A stretch of 64,000 nucleotides of DNA, taken from assembly GCA_963662265.2 (NCBI GenBank), contig CAXXHA010000028.1:1-64000 (forward strand). The letters run 5' to 3'. This DNA comes from Spirochaetia bacterium (GTDB lineage Bacteria; Spirochaetota; Spirochaetia; CADAEX01). The translations under genes were made by a program, and so were the position numbers. The stretch's first letter is position 1; each line of letters starts with the position of its first letter. This document shows, in pieces, positions 1 through 9,641 of this stretch. The notes beneath the pieces are model-generated. The model searched no databases. It saw only the letters and a program-made list of their open reading frames with translations, and had not been told where the DNA came from.

Positions 1-310
1 AATTCCACTGACCTTTTCCTTTCCCTTTTTCTCCAAGTACAGTAATAAATTTTCCATCAGCAGTAAATTTTGATAAATCAAAAGCTTTTGCTGCAACAAA
101 GATAGTACCATCTGAACTAACAGCAATTGGCTTAGGAGCAGTAAACTGTAAATTAGGACCATCAAATTCGTCCCCTTTTTCCCCCATCATCATTGCAGGC
201 ATTATAACTCCCTGATCAGCTTCAAAGCTTGTAAAATCAGGTGTTCCAGCGCATCCCATTGCTGTCATTACAACAGCTGCTGCAATAAAATAAAATAAAA
301 ACTTTTTCAT
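1..310 (-). CDS. Lipoprotein with probable NHL/beta-propeller repeats (5' part only; runs off left edge)
   Basis: Not in the ORF track. ATG at 310 follows a GGAGG RBS. It reads MKKFLFYFIAAAVVMTAMG-C (lipobox) ...FTAPKPIAVSSDGTIFVA...KFTADGKFITVLGEKGKEKGQW, a typical NHL-repeat pattern. Confidence 0.75.
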   Translation of the reverse strand, partial: MKKFLFYFIAAAVVMTAMGCAGTPDFTSFEADQGVIMPAMMMGEKGDEFDGPNLQFTAPKPIAVSSDGTIFVAAKAFDLSKFTADGKFITVLGEKGKGKGQWN

Positions 311-341
311 CAAATCCTCCTAACAAGATTTTCTTTTATAT

Positions 342-363
342 AACCGGCCCTATAAAGCCGGTT
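342..363. terminator. Intergenic hairpin between ABC ATPase and NHL lipoprotein genes
   Basis: AACCGGC-cctataaa-GCCGGTT inverted repeat; no strong U-tract, so it may be an mRNA-stabilising stem. Confidence 0.4.
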
Positions 364-386
364 TAGAAACTTTTTAATAGGGACCT

Positions 387-1475
387 TTAAAAGATCCTTT
401 TCTCTGTTTCAAGATCAAAGAGATTATATGTTTCACCTTTGACTCCGATCCGGATAGTCTCGCCCGGTTTGACCTTAATGTAATCCGGAGAAACCATTGT
501 AGCTTCATTAACACCATTTTCGAGGTTCAGGATCTGTGCAGGTCCTGTAGGAAGCTGTGTGATTACTCTGAATTCGCCTCCATTACTGTCAAGAATAAAA
601 TCTTCAGGCCTTACAGCAACCTTTACTTTATCTCTCTCTCCTATCAGCTCTGGATCTGTTTTTAATTTGATTCCTGAGAAAGAAACATAGGTCTTTCCAT
701 CTTCCCTGATAACATCACCATCATAGAAATTCATCTTTGGATTACTGATAAAATCTGCTACAAAAAGATCTGCAGGTTTTCTGTAAAGAACTTCCGGAGA
801 ATCCATCTGTCTTATAACACCGTCTTTCATAACGCATATATGGGTAGACATAGTCATTGCCTCTTCCTGGTCATGTGTAACATAAACAGTTGTAGCTCCT
901 GATTCCTGGTGAAGTCTTTTAACTTCACTTCTCATTTCCATTCTGAGCTTTGCATCAAGATTTGAAAGAGGTTCATCCATCAGGAAGATTCCCGGTTTTG
1001 TAATTAACATTCTTGCAATTGCTACTCTCTGCTGCTGTCCCCCGGAAAGCTCATTAGGAAACCTTTCTGCCAGGGAGTTAAGACTCACATTGTTAATTAT
1101 TTCGTCAACCTGATTCTGTATTTCCTCTTTAGGCAGTTTTTTCATTACAAGGCCGAATGCGATGTTGTCATATACTGTCATATGAGGCCAGAGTGCATAT
1201 GACTGAAAAATCAGACCGATACCCCTTTTAACAGGGTCCACTACAATTTCCTCTTTTTTTGAAAATACAACCTGATCATTTATGGAAATCTTTCCTTTTG
1301 TAGGATCTTCAAGTCCTGCGAGCGCCCTGAGAGTAGTTGTTTTCCCGCATCCTGACGGACCCAGGAGTGTTACAAAGCTGCCCTCTTCTATTTCCATTGA
1401 AATATTATCAACTGCCTTTACCTTGCCCCAGGCTTTGGTAAGATTCTCAACTTTGATTTTTACTTTGTTAGCCAT
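387..1475 (-). CDS. ABC transporter ATP-binding subunit (FbpC/AfuC/PotA family)
   Basis: Walker A GPSGCGKTT, LSGGQQQ signature, MDEPLSNLD Walker B/D-loop, C-terminal TOBE-like region. Confidence 0.95.
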   Translation of the reverse strand: MANKVKIKVENLTKAWGKVKAVDNISMEIEEGSFVTLLGPSGCGKTTTLRALAGLEDPTKGKISINDQVVFSKKEEIVVDPVKRGIGLIFQSYALWPHMTVYDNIAFGLVMKKLPKEEIQNQVDEIINNVSLNSLAERFPNELSGGQQQRVAIARMLITKPGIFLMDEPLSNLDAKLRMEMRSEVKRLHQESGATTVYVTHDQEEAMTMSTHICVMKDGVIRQMDSPEVLYRKPADLFVADFISNPKMNFYDGDVIREDGKTYVSFSGIKLKTDPELIGERDKVKVAVRPEDFILDSNGGEFRVITQLPTGPAQILNLENGVNEATMVSPDYIKVKPGETIRIGVKGETYNLFDLETEKRIF

Positions 1476-1477
1476 AA

Positions 1478-3334
1478 TTATTCTGCAACTCCTTTAGCCA
1501 AATCTTTTCCCTGAAACTTTTTAATTAGTAATGTTCCGCCCATACTTAAAATTACAAGAAGCATGGTTATTGCATCACCGTACTGGTGATACCCCCCCTC
1601 TGTGTATCTGAAAAGCATTGTTGTCAGAACTTTATTTGCAGGGGTTACAATCAGAACGATAAGAGATAATTCTCTCATTGTTGAAATAAATGACAGTAAA
1701 AAGCCTGATACAAAACCGCTTTTTGTCAGCGGATATATAAGCTTTTTAAACTTGGTCCAGAAACCTGCTCCGAACATGGTTGCAGCTTCTTCAAGAGATT
1801 TATCTATCTGCATCATCGCAGCAGAACCTGTTCTTGAAGAGAAAGGCATTCTCTTTGCCAGAGAAACAAGAACAAGCAGTGTAAATGTTCCATAAAGCGA
1901 AGGAATCGGTCCTATCCTTTGAGAAAACATACTCAGGTAAACTGCCCCGAACGCAATACCCGGGAAAATATACGGTGCAAAAGAAAGGACATCACAACCA
2001 ACAGAAAGTTTGGTACCCCTTCCCCTTACAATTGCATACCCCAGAAGGATTCCCAGTATTCCGGAAAGAACAGAAACTACCAGTGACAACTTAATAGAAT
2101 TCCAGGCACCTCTGTATATTTCAGGATCTCTTAAAATTCCGGCCTGACCTTCTCCAAGAAGAGTCCCTGATTTGCCCAATGCTCCTGATTCACCTATCCA
2201 GTAATGGAGAGTAAAGTTACTTAACGAATAATCGCCATTTACTTCCATAAATGTCTGCCATGTAAGAATATAAAGAGGAAGAAAAACAGCACAGATAAGG
2301 AAAATCGCAACAAGAACGAAAACAATCCATTTCCATTTCCCCAGATTCATGGGTTTAGATCTAAACCCTTTACCGCTGATTGTAACAAAACTTTTTCTTG
2401 CTCCTATTACTTTAACATTCATATAAATAGTAAGAGATGAAATCAGAATCATTACAATTGCGAGAAGGAATGCATCTCCTGCAAGATTGTTTTTTACATT
2501 TCCGTATATCTGTGTGGAAAGAGTATAAAACCTGACAGGGAGTCCCAGGAAAGCAGGTGTTCCGAAGGTACCAAGCCCCTTAGAAAATGTCAGAATAAAT
2601 GCAGATAATACTGCAGGTAAAACAAGAGGCAGAGTAACTTTTTTCATTACCTGCATTCTTGAAGCTCCAAGCAGGGCAGCTGTTTCTTCAAGCTGAGAAT
2701 CAATAGATGCTAACGCGCCTGAAACTGTAATAAAAGCAAAAGCGTAATAATGAAGAGACAGACATATTATAATAGGAATAGGTCCGTATGAAATCCAGTC
2801 GGGTGGAGCAACTTTAAAAAAGTACTGAAACAGTCCGGCTGTTCCCCCGATTTTAGAATTTTTAAACAATGTCAGCCACGCAAGTGCTATAGGCCACGAG
2901 GGAATGATATATGGAATCATTGCCACATTTGCAACCATCTTTTTGAAAGGCATATTTGTTCTTACTACCAGATATGCAAGTATACAGCCTATAAGCATAG
3001 ACAATACTGTCAGACCCAATGTTACAACTGCTGAATTAAACAGAGGAATAAGAAACATTTTCTTTGTCAGTTTACTTAAAAAAACCCTTTCAAAATGGAT
3101 CCAGGTAAAATGCCCCGGAACAACCTTAACTCCTCTATCAATAACTTCAGGAAGCCTTCTGTCAGAAAGAGAAAAGGAAAAACTTGTCAAAATCAGATTT
3201 ATAGCCGGCATAAGCACAAAAAAGACTAGAAGAGCCAGCAATATTATTCCGATAATTCTTTCCGGCTTGGAAAGCTCCCGGAGGGTTCTACGCATAAGAG
3301 GATTTCCGGGTTTAAAAGATACAGAACTACTCAT
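1478..3334 (-). CDS. ABC transporter permease, duplicated (FbpB/AfuB type)
   Basis: About 12 hydrophobic segments and two EAA loops (LEETAALLGAS; LEEAATMFGAG). Confidence 0.93.
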   Translation of the reverse strand: MSSSVSFKPGNPLMRRTLRELSKPERIIGIILLALLVFFVLMPAINLILTSFSFSLSDRRLPEVIDRGVKVVPGHFTWIHFERVFLSKLTKKMFLIPLFNSAVVTLGLTVLSMLIGCILAYLVVRTNMPFKKMVANVAMIPYIIPSWPIALAWLTLFKNSKIGGTAGLFQYFFKVAPPDWISYGPIPIIICLSLHYYAFAFITVSGALASIDSQLEETAALLGASRMQVMKKVTLPLVLPAVLSAFILTFSKGLGTFGTPAFLGLPVRFYTLSTQIYGNVKNNLAGDAFLLAIVMILISSLTIYMNVKVIGARKSFVTISGKGFRSKPMNLGKWKWIVFVLVAIFLICAVFLPLYILTWQTFMEVNGDYSLSNFTLHYWIGESGALGKSGTLLGEGQAGILRDPEIYRGAWNSIKLSLVVSVLSGILGILLGYAIVRGRGTKLSVGCDVLSFAPYIFPGIAFGAVYLSMFSQRIGPIPSLYGTFTLLVLVSLAKRMPFSSRTGSAAMMQIDKSLEEAATMFGAGFWTKFKKLIYPLTKSGFVSGFLLSFISTMRELSLIVLIVTPANKVLTTMLFRYTEGGYHQYGDAITMLLVILSMGGTLLIKKFQGKDLAKGVAE

Positions 3335-3354
3335 TAAAAAAACTCCAGTAAAAT

Positions 3355-4476
3355 TTATTTTCCAGCACTAAGTAAGTCGCTGCCTGCGAAATCTGCCCAG
3401 TCATATATTGTGAATTTTGATGCATCACCGTCATGACCAACTACAACCCCGTGTGGGAAACCGGGAAGCGGCGATGAATTCGCATCAACCCCGTCATCAT
3501 CATAGAGAACTTCTCCATCTGAATTCAGATGTATAACAGTTTTAACCAGTTCGTTAGTTACCCTGTCATATAATCTGAGAATCGAATATGTATCAGGCCC
3601 TTCACCCTGATCAACAACAATAATATAACCCTGTCCGTTACCCGCATCATAAAGAGCAAGCCCTTCTCGGTCTCTTCTATATCCGTCAGAAGGAGGCGCT
3701 ATTATTGAAACTGCTTTTGTGTCAGCATCAGGAGATGCCAGATATTTATAGACGCCTTTAGCATCTTCTGTTTCCTCGGAAACATAATAAAATCCAAGTT
3801 CATCATCACAGACCATACCTTCAATTTTATAATTTCCGTTAAAAGGAATATCTCTTACAGGTTTTACAGTTACAGCATTTCCTGCCGAATTACTTTCAAT
3901 CTGATACTGTCTGATTATTTCAGACGGTTCACCATTAGGAGATTCAAAACAGTACATCTTTCCTGTATCCTTATCTTTATAAAGAGTAAATCCGTAAGCA
4001 TCTTTCTGAAAATCATTTCCTTCAGACTTTCCGTCGCATAAAACAGTAAGAACATCTTTCCCCGATGTATAATCAGGATTTATCGCATAACATGCAAGCT
4101 TGCTGCCGCCCTTGTACTTAACCTTTCTGAGATTAAGTGCAACTATATCTACGTTCTTACCGGCTAGATCAAAACCGTATCTCACATCAATATTTCCCGG
4201 TTTTCCCCAAGGTGAAAAATGAGTAAGCTCCTTTCCATCCATTGTCCAGATCCAGACTCCTTCAAGCTTATCTACTCCGAATATAAGGCTTTTTGAGGGA
4301 TCTGTCGGATGAACCCATATAGCAGGATCATCTGCAGCTCCTGCAAGGGATTTTACTCCGGTCCGACCTGTTGTAATAACAGGTTTAACTTTTGGATATT
4401 TTGATAAATCTTCTGCCCAGGCAGAAAAAGCTATAACTGCTATAAAAAGAACTGCAGTTAATTTTTTGATATTCAC
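3355..4476 (-). CDS. phy: Secreted beta-propeller phytase (3-phytase, Bacillus PhyC family)
   Basis: Signal peptide ending AWA. Family motifs AADDPAIWVHPTDPSKSLIFG, NIDVRYGF, IEGMVCDDELG, DREGLALY, GFPHG. GTG start with AAGGAGG RBS. Confidence 0.88.
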   Translation of the reverse strand: MNIKKLTAVLFIAVIAFSAWAEDLSKYPKVKPVITTGRTGVKSLAGAADDPAIWVHPTDPSKSLIFGVDKLEGVWIWTMDGKELTHFSPWGKPGNIDVRYGFDLAGKNVDIVALNLRKVKYKGGSKLACYAINPDYTSGKDVLTVLCDGKSEGNDFQKDAYGFTLYKDKDTGKMYCFESPNGEPSEIIRQYQIESNSAGNAVTVKPVRDIPFNGNYKIEGMVCDDELGFYYVSEETEDAKGVYKYLASPDADTKAVSIIAPPSDGYRRDREGLALYDAGNGQGYIIVVDQGEGPDTYSILRLYDRVTNELVKTVIHLNSDGEVLYDDDGVDANSSPLPGFPHGVVVGHDGDASKFTIYDWADFAGSDLLSAGK

Positions 4477-4572
4477 AAAATCCTCCTTAGTAATTTTATA
4501 AATTTTTTAAAAAAACCAGACCTTTTTTAATTATTAAAACAGGGTTACTTTAAAAATGATTAACCCCGAATA

Positions 4573-5343
4573 TTAAACTTGCCCTGTTTTCACTGCCAGT
4601 AAATTTGATACAATATCCGGAAGCTCAAGCAAACTGCTTATAAGATATTCAGGTTCCGCATCGGAACAGATATCACTTGATGAATTAAAGTCATATGTTA
4701 TCTGAACTGCTCCAAGAAATCCGGCACTATGCGCACCCTTAATATCTTTCAGCGGGCTGTTTCCAACATAAAGGCATTCTTCCGGTTTTACACCTGCACA
4801 TTCTGCAGCATATGTAAATATAGAAGGATGGGGCTTCACCCGCCCAAAATCAGCAGAAGTAATAACCGGTGCAAAATATTTTTCAAGATCATATCTTTTC
4901 AGGTCCCGCGGGACCTGAGCAGAGCTTAAGACATTACTGATTATTCCCATTTTTAATCCGAAACTGTTCAATGTTTCCAAAGCTTGAGCAGCTTCAGGCC
5001 GCACAGTTCTGGAATGGAATCCTGCTTCAATAAGATAGGTAAGTTCACTGATAACAGAATCGCCGAGAAGCTCTTTTTTAGGTTCATCATAAAGGATGTA
5101 ATTTTTCCAAACATCCATCTCTGAAAGCTCTATAAGAGTTTCATATTTCCATTTTCTATAATCATTATTTTTAGTTCTTATGTGATTATAGAAATCCTCA
5201 CTGCTGTATTTATCCCGGAGGTCCAATCCGTTTTCGGCAAGAACATCAAGCATTTTTGAAGAAGCCTCAATACAATCTTCTAAAACTGTCGGATAAAGAT
5301 CCAGCGTCCCGCCGAAATCAAAAAATAATGCTTTTAAAGCCAT
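4573..5343 (-). CDS. HAD-superfamily hydrolase (subfamily IA)
   Basis: Motif I FFDFGGTL, motif II ISN, motif III KPHP, motif IV VGNSPLKDIKGA. Confidence 0.9.
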   Translation of the reverse strand: MALKALFFDFGGTLDLYPTVLEDCIEASSKMLDVLAENGLDLRDKYSSEDFYNHIRTKNNDYRKWKYETLIELSEMDVWKNYILYDEPKKELLGDSVISELTYLIEAGFHSRTVRPEAAQALETLNSFGLKMGIISNVLSSAQVPRDLKRYDLEKYFAPVITSADFGRVKPHPSIFTYAAECAGVKPEECLYVGNSPLKDIKGAHSAGFLGAVQITYDFNSSSDICSDAEPEYLISSLLELPDIVSNLLAVKTGQV

Positions 5344-5373
5344 AACATACCTCCGGGCAAATAAATCTTTAAT

Positions 5374-6561
5374 CTACTGATGCTGAATCCAGAAATCCCT
5401 GAACCTCATAACATTTAAATAGAGCCATTCAGCATCTTCTGACCATAATTTAAGTTCAGAAAGTTTTTTCTGTCCCTTAACTGGCGGAAGATCAGTTCTT
5501 GTCGGCCATGTTCCAGGTACATTATATGGAGCAAAACCGTTTCCGGCTTTTTCATCACCATACATCCATTTGATATAAAGTTTTGCAGCATTCGGATTTT
5601 TTGCGTGAACAGGTATACCTATAGCACTCTGAGTCATAAACATGTTAAAAGGTTCAATATCCCAGATAGGTTCAACGTAAAGAGTCTGTTCATCTTTAAG
5701 CTTAAGTTTTGATGGGCCGGTTATTCCTACAGGTGGTTTTTCCTGGCCAGGCATACCAACAGAAATAACAACATCATCTCCGCCTTTTGTAAGTACGATG
5801 TTATTTTCAAGCAGTCTTTTAATAAATTCATATCCTGCATTTTCACATCCTTCGCTTAAGACAATATCTTCACCGAATTCTGCCTTATAACCTTCTGCCA
5901 TTACATCTGAATATCGAAGAAACATTGCCATAAGGTTAATATCAGAACCGCCGAGCATAGGGTCTTTCATTATAAGACGGCCTTTCCATTCAGGTCTTGT
6001 AAGATCCCACCATGAATCGATTGGACTGCCGTTTGGATAAACTTCTGTATTATAGATAACACATTTTCCGCCGAGTTTAAGAATTGCAAGCTGTTCATCT
6101 TTATAAGCATCAGCTGTAACATCCTGAATCTCATTCGGGATATATTTAAAGATTTTGTCGTAATCAACAAATTCCTTGTAAAGTGTTGCAATCCCGGAAG
6201 TCTGGATAACATCTACATCATAAACGCCGGATGCCTGAAGCCGTGTAAGCTTTTCAAACATATCGCCGGTACCGATATCATTAGGAACAGCCTTAATCCC
6301 GTATTCATCATAAAAACTTCTGCAGCATTCATATACTTTTGATGAGTTTGAATAAACTACAAGAGTTCCTTCCTCTTTTGCAGCTTTTTCTATTGCATCC
6401 CAGTCTTCTTCTGCAGGTGCATATTTATCAAGCTGTGCGCTTTTAAGCCATGCATCAAGATCATTCCCAGCTTCTGCAGCAGAAGCAGCTTCTTTCTCGC
6501 CTCCTGCAAAAAGTGACGCTGAAAAAACAACCAGCATTAAAAGGAAAAATAATTTTCTCAT
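5374..6561 (-). CDS. ABC transporter substrate-binding protein (Fe3+/sugar-phosphate/2-AEP class)
   Basis: Spirochaete-style leader LFAGGEKE; AAKEEGTLVVYS, SWWDLTRPEWKG and NPNAAKLYIKW motifs. Confidence 0.88.
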   Translation of the reverse strand: MRKLFFLLMLVVFSASLFAGGEKEAASAAEAGNDLDAWLKSAQLDKYAPAEEDWDAIEKAAKEEGTLVVYSNSSKVYECCRSFYDEYGIKAVPNDIGTGDMFEKLTRLQASGVYDVDVIQTSGIATLYKEFVDYDKIFKYIPNEIQDVTADAYKDEQLAILKLGGKCVIYNTEVYPNGSPIDSWWDLTRPEWKGRLIMKDPMLGGSDINLMAMFLRYSDVMAEGYKAEFGEDIVLSEGCENAGYEFIKRLLENNIVLTKGGDDVVISVGMPGQEKPPVGITGPSKLKLKDEQTLYVEPIWDIEPFNMFMTQSAIGIPVHAKNPNAAKLYIKWMYGDEKAGNGFAPYNVPGTWPTRTDLPPVKGQKKLSELKLWSEDAEWLYLNVMRFRDFWIQHQ

Positions 6562-6652
6562 AAAAACCTCTCGTGAAAATATTTTTTATATTTTATTATA
6601 TGCCCGCGGATTCGCTCTGTAAAGAATTATTTCTTTCTTTTTGTTAATTTTT

Positions 6653-6668
6653 TGAAAATTTTCTTTCA
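6653..6668. promoter_or_regulatory. Candidate RpiR operator 1
   Basis: TGAAAATTTTCTTTCA pseudo-palindrome upstream of the SBP gene; 18/21 identical to the site at 7856 when the trailing TTTTT is included. Confidence 0.45.
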
Positions 6669-6851
6669 TTTTTGGCAATTAAGAGAAAATCAATATTAAA
6701 AATCATGAAAACTCTAACAGTATTTTGAAAGCTGATTATTAAAAATGATTGTAAGCGTACAGGAACGGCCTCTTTTGAAGCACCTCTTTGAGACTTATAT
6801 ATTCAAGTTGAGATATAATTTTTTTTCAGAAATATTATCAAACTTAAATAA

Positions 6852-7760
6852 TCATGAATTTTCATCTTCATCGACAATTTCATTTTCTTTTTTATAAGGA
6901 ACATAGGCATCTGCCATACCACGGTAATAACCTCTTCTCAGGGAACCGACTCTTGAAGTAAACTCCACTGCAGAATCACCGATAACCTCTGCTATACTGA
7001 GAATTAAAGCACTTGTAAAAGCGAAAGGAACAGTCAATGTATGATAATTATCCAGAGGTCCTCTGTTGACCGTGATTACCTGATCCACAGCTTTTACGAG
7101 ATCAAGCTTTTTGTTGTCTGTGATTAAAAAAATATTTGAATCAACTGTCTGTAGTGCATTTGTCAGACAGGAATAATCTGGAGACACTTTTAAAAAATGA
7201 TAAATAATTACAAGATCTTTATTACCAATAAAAGGAATTTCCTCCATCATGTTGATACCGGAATATGGTATTTCTCTGACTTTTTTTCCAAAACGGGATA
7301 GACGGAAACCAAGATAACTGACAAGAGATTCATTGCCTCTTCCCAGACTGAAAAGATATACTGTTTCAGCTTTACAGATAGAATCAACAAATTTCCAGAA
7401 AAGATCATGATTAACAGAGTCTATTGTATCTTCAATCATTTTAAGTTCATGACGCATTACCTTCTCAAAAGAAAAGTCTCCGCCTGCAAGAATCTGAATT
7501 GAATTTTTAAGCCGTTCACCGGGGGTAAGAAAATTCTGATAGTAGTGAACCAGGTCTTTTTTAAGTTCAGGGAACCCTTTATACCCTAAATTTTGTGAAA
7601 ACCGGACAATGGTTGCTTCACTTATCTCCAGGGCTGTTGCAAGTTTTGTTATGGAAAAGAAAATAACTTCATTAATATTTGAGACAATATAATCTGCAAT
7701 TTTTTTCTGCTGCTTCGGCAGAGTATCATAACTTGAAAGTATTTTTTTATAACAATTCAT
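6852..7760 (-). CDS. MurR/RpiR-family transcriptional regulator (HTH + SIS)
   Basis: SITKLA..ISEATIVRFSQNLGYKGFPELK is the RpiR HTH, followed by a SIS domain. The ATG at 7760 has a GGAG RBS and is preferred over 7790. Confidence 0.92.
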   Translation of the reverse strand: MNCYKKILSSYDTLPKQQKKIADYIVSNINEVIFFSITKLATALEISEATIVRFSQNLGYKGFPELKKDLVHYYQNFLTPGERLKNSIQILAGGDFSFEKVMRHELKMIEDTIDSVNHDLFWKFVDSICKAETVYLFSLGRGNESLVSYLGFRLSRFGKKVREIPYSGINMMEEIPFIGNKDLVIIYHFLKVSPDYSCLTNALQTVDSNIFLITDNKKLDLVKAVDQVITVNRGPLDNYHTLTVPFAFTSALILSIAEVIGDSAVEFTSRVGSLRRGYYRGMADAYVPYKKENEIVDEDENS

Positions 7761-7855
7761 TTTCTTCTCCAATAATCCTGAAAATAACATAAATTTTCTT
7801 TTTTATTAATATAAGCATATAAAAACAAATTAAGTATATCAAAATTATTCATTTA

Positions 7856-7871
7856 TGCAAATATTATTTCA
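7856..7871. promoter_or_regulatory. Candidate RpiR operator 2
   Basis: TGCAAATATTATTTCA in the divergent region between the regulator and the TIM-barrel gene. Confidence 0.45.
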
Positions 7872-7937
7872 TTTTTACACCAAAAAGGATGACTTTTTGA
7901 AAGTTTTATTGCATATTGTAAAGAGAGGACTTAAAAA

Positions 7938-8801
7938 ATGAAAATTGGTATATCACTGCCCTGGGCTTATCTTGCAGATATATATGACAGAGATAAAGCC
8001 AGCGAAACAATCTACAGAGACTGCGGAGAACCCCGGATATTTCTCGAAACATTGAAAAATCAGGGGTGCACTTCTGTTGAAATGAGACATTGGAATAAGG
8101 ACCTGACAGATAATGATATGACAAAAGCATTTGAAAATATAACAAATGCCGGACTTTCATTTTCCATACATGGAGATATAGATGAAAGTCATGTAGATAA
8201 AAATTTATATGATGCCTTTCCATGGTTTTCATCTGCTTTAAACGGGTTAAAAAAATCTCCGCAGAAAGAATTTATAATAACAATGCATCCTGTTAAAAAA
8301 ATCGACGGGAATAATGAACAGCTAAAATCACTATCAGAATCCATTCTAAAACATTACTGCATGGAAATCGAAAAAAACACACTGCCGATTAAAATTGCCT
8401 ACGAGAATCAGAGAGAAAAAGGATTCACTGATCCGGCAACGAAATTCACATCGATTTCTGCCTCTTTATCACTTATCAAAAGAAAAGAGATAGGTACATG
8501 CTGGGACATGGGACACAGTTATGCAAATTTCCTGAAAAACAAGTATGAAGAACTGCCAGATGATCTGTTTCTGGAAAATGCAATTCATACCCATATTCAT
8601 GACCTTGCAGAAAAAACAGGAGCAACTCACTGGCCTCTGATATTCGGAAACACTCCTGTAGAAAAATATATTGGAATTCTTAAAAAACACGGATACAGCG
8701 GTCTATATAATCTTGAACTGAGTACTGAAAGATTCCGCAATCTTAATGTAAAAAAAAGTATGCTGGAAAGTATTGATATTTTAAAAGGAATTCTAAAATG
8801 A
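7938..8801 (+). CDS. Sugar-phosphate isomerase/epimerase, xylose-isomerase-like TIM barrel (AP_endonuc_2)
   Basis: Metal-binding motifs IAYEN, CWDMGH, HTHIHD and YNLE. Confidence 0.85.
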   Translation: MKIGISLPWAYLADIYDRDKASETIYRDCGEPRIFLETLKNQGCTSVEMRHWNKDLTDNDMTKAFENITNAGLSFSIHGDIDESHVDKNLYDAFPWFSSALNGLKKSPQKEFIITMHPVKKIDGNNEQLKSLSESILKHYCMEIEKNTLPIKIAYENQREKGFTDPATKFTSISASLSLIKRKEIGTCWDMGHSYANFLKNKYEELPDDLFLENAIHTHIHDLAEKTGATHWPLIFGNTPVEKYIGILKKHGYSGLYNLELSTERFRNLNVKKSMLESIDILKGILK

Positions 8802-9544
8802 ATGAAGAAGTTAGACTAATAGCACTTGATATTGACGGTGTAATTTCCAGAGGAATGAAATCAAATTTTAATTATACAATCCTGAATATTCTGGCCAATA
8901 TTAATGTGAGAGCTAATAAAAACCCTGAATATCCGGCAGTAACTGTAATAACAGGCCGTCCGCAGCCTTATATTGAAGCTCTTCTTCAGGTAATTAAAGG
9001 CTTTGTCCCTGCAGTTTTTGAACAGGGGACCGGGTTTTATGACCCTGCTTCATATACAGTAGAAAAAAACCCCGAGCTCAAGAATACAGAAGCTTTTTAT
9101 GAAATGAGACAGAGCATTTTGAAGGAGATTCTTCCCAAAAACAGTTCTGTTTCCATACAGCCGGGAAAAGAATATACAATAAGCATATACAGCAGCAATA
9201 TAGATATTCATAATAATCTAAAAGAAATGATTCTTGAATTAAACAAAGAGTGGAATAGGGATTTTGATTTTATTTATTCTTCAAACTGTCTCAATATAAT
9301 CCCGAAAGGATTTCACAAGGGAAATGGAATTACACTTCTTTCTGATAAAACCGGAGTTCCCCTTGAAAATATACTTGGTGTAGGGGATTCAGATGTAGAT
9401 GTGCCTTTTCTTGAAAAGACAGGTTTCAGCGCTTCACCTGCAAACGGATCAGATAAAATAAAGAAGACTGCAAATTATATTTCATCAAGATATTATCATG
9501 ACGGCCTTTTCGAGATACTTGACCACTTCTCTCTGCTGCCATAA
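8798..9544 (+). CDS. HAD-superfamily phosphatase (IIB, Cof/SPP-like)
   Basis: DIDGVI, TGRP, KGNG and VGDSDVD motifs; start overlaps the upstream stop (translational coupling). Confidence 0.88.
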   Translation: MNEEVRLIALDIDGVISRGMKSNFNYTILNILANINVRANKNPEYPAVTVITGRPQPYIEALLQVIKGFVPAVFEQGTGFYDPASYTVEKNPELKNTEAFYEMRQSILKEILPKNSSVSIQPGKEYTISIYSSNIDIHNNLKEMILELNKEWNRDFDFIYSSNCLNIIPKGFHKGNGITLLSDKTGVPLENILGVGDSDVDVPFLEKTGFSASPANGSDKIKKTANYISSRYYHDGLFEILDHFSLLP

Positions 9545-9555
9545 TTTTTTAATAA

Positions 9556-9594
9556 AGACTTTCAGGGAGTTAATTAAATAATCCCTGGAAGTCT
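9556..9594. terminator. Probable bidirectional terminator between convergent genes
   Basis: AGACTTTCAGGGA...TCCCTGGAAGTCT inverted repeat. Confidence 0.6.
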
Positions 9595-9641
9595 ATAATA
9601 ATTAAAACCTTACTTAAAAAGATAAAAATTTCAGCTTAAAA

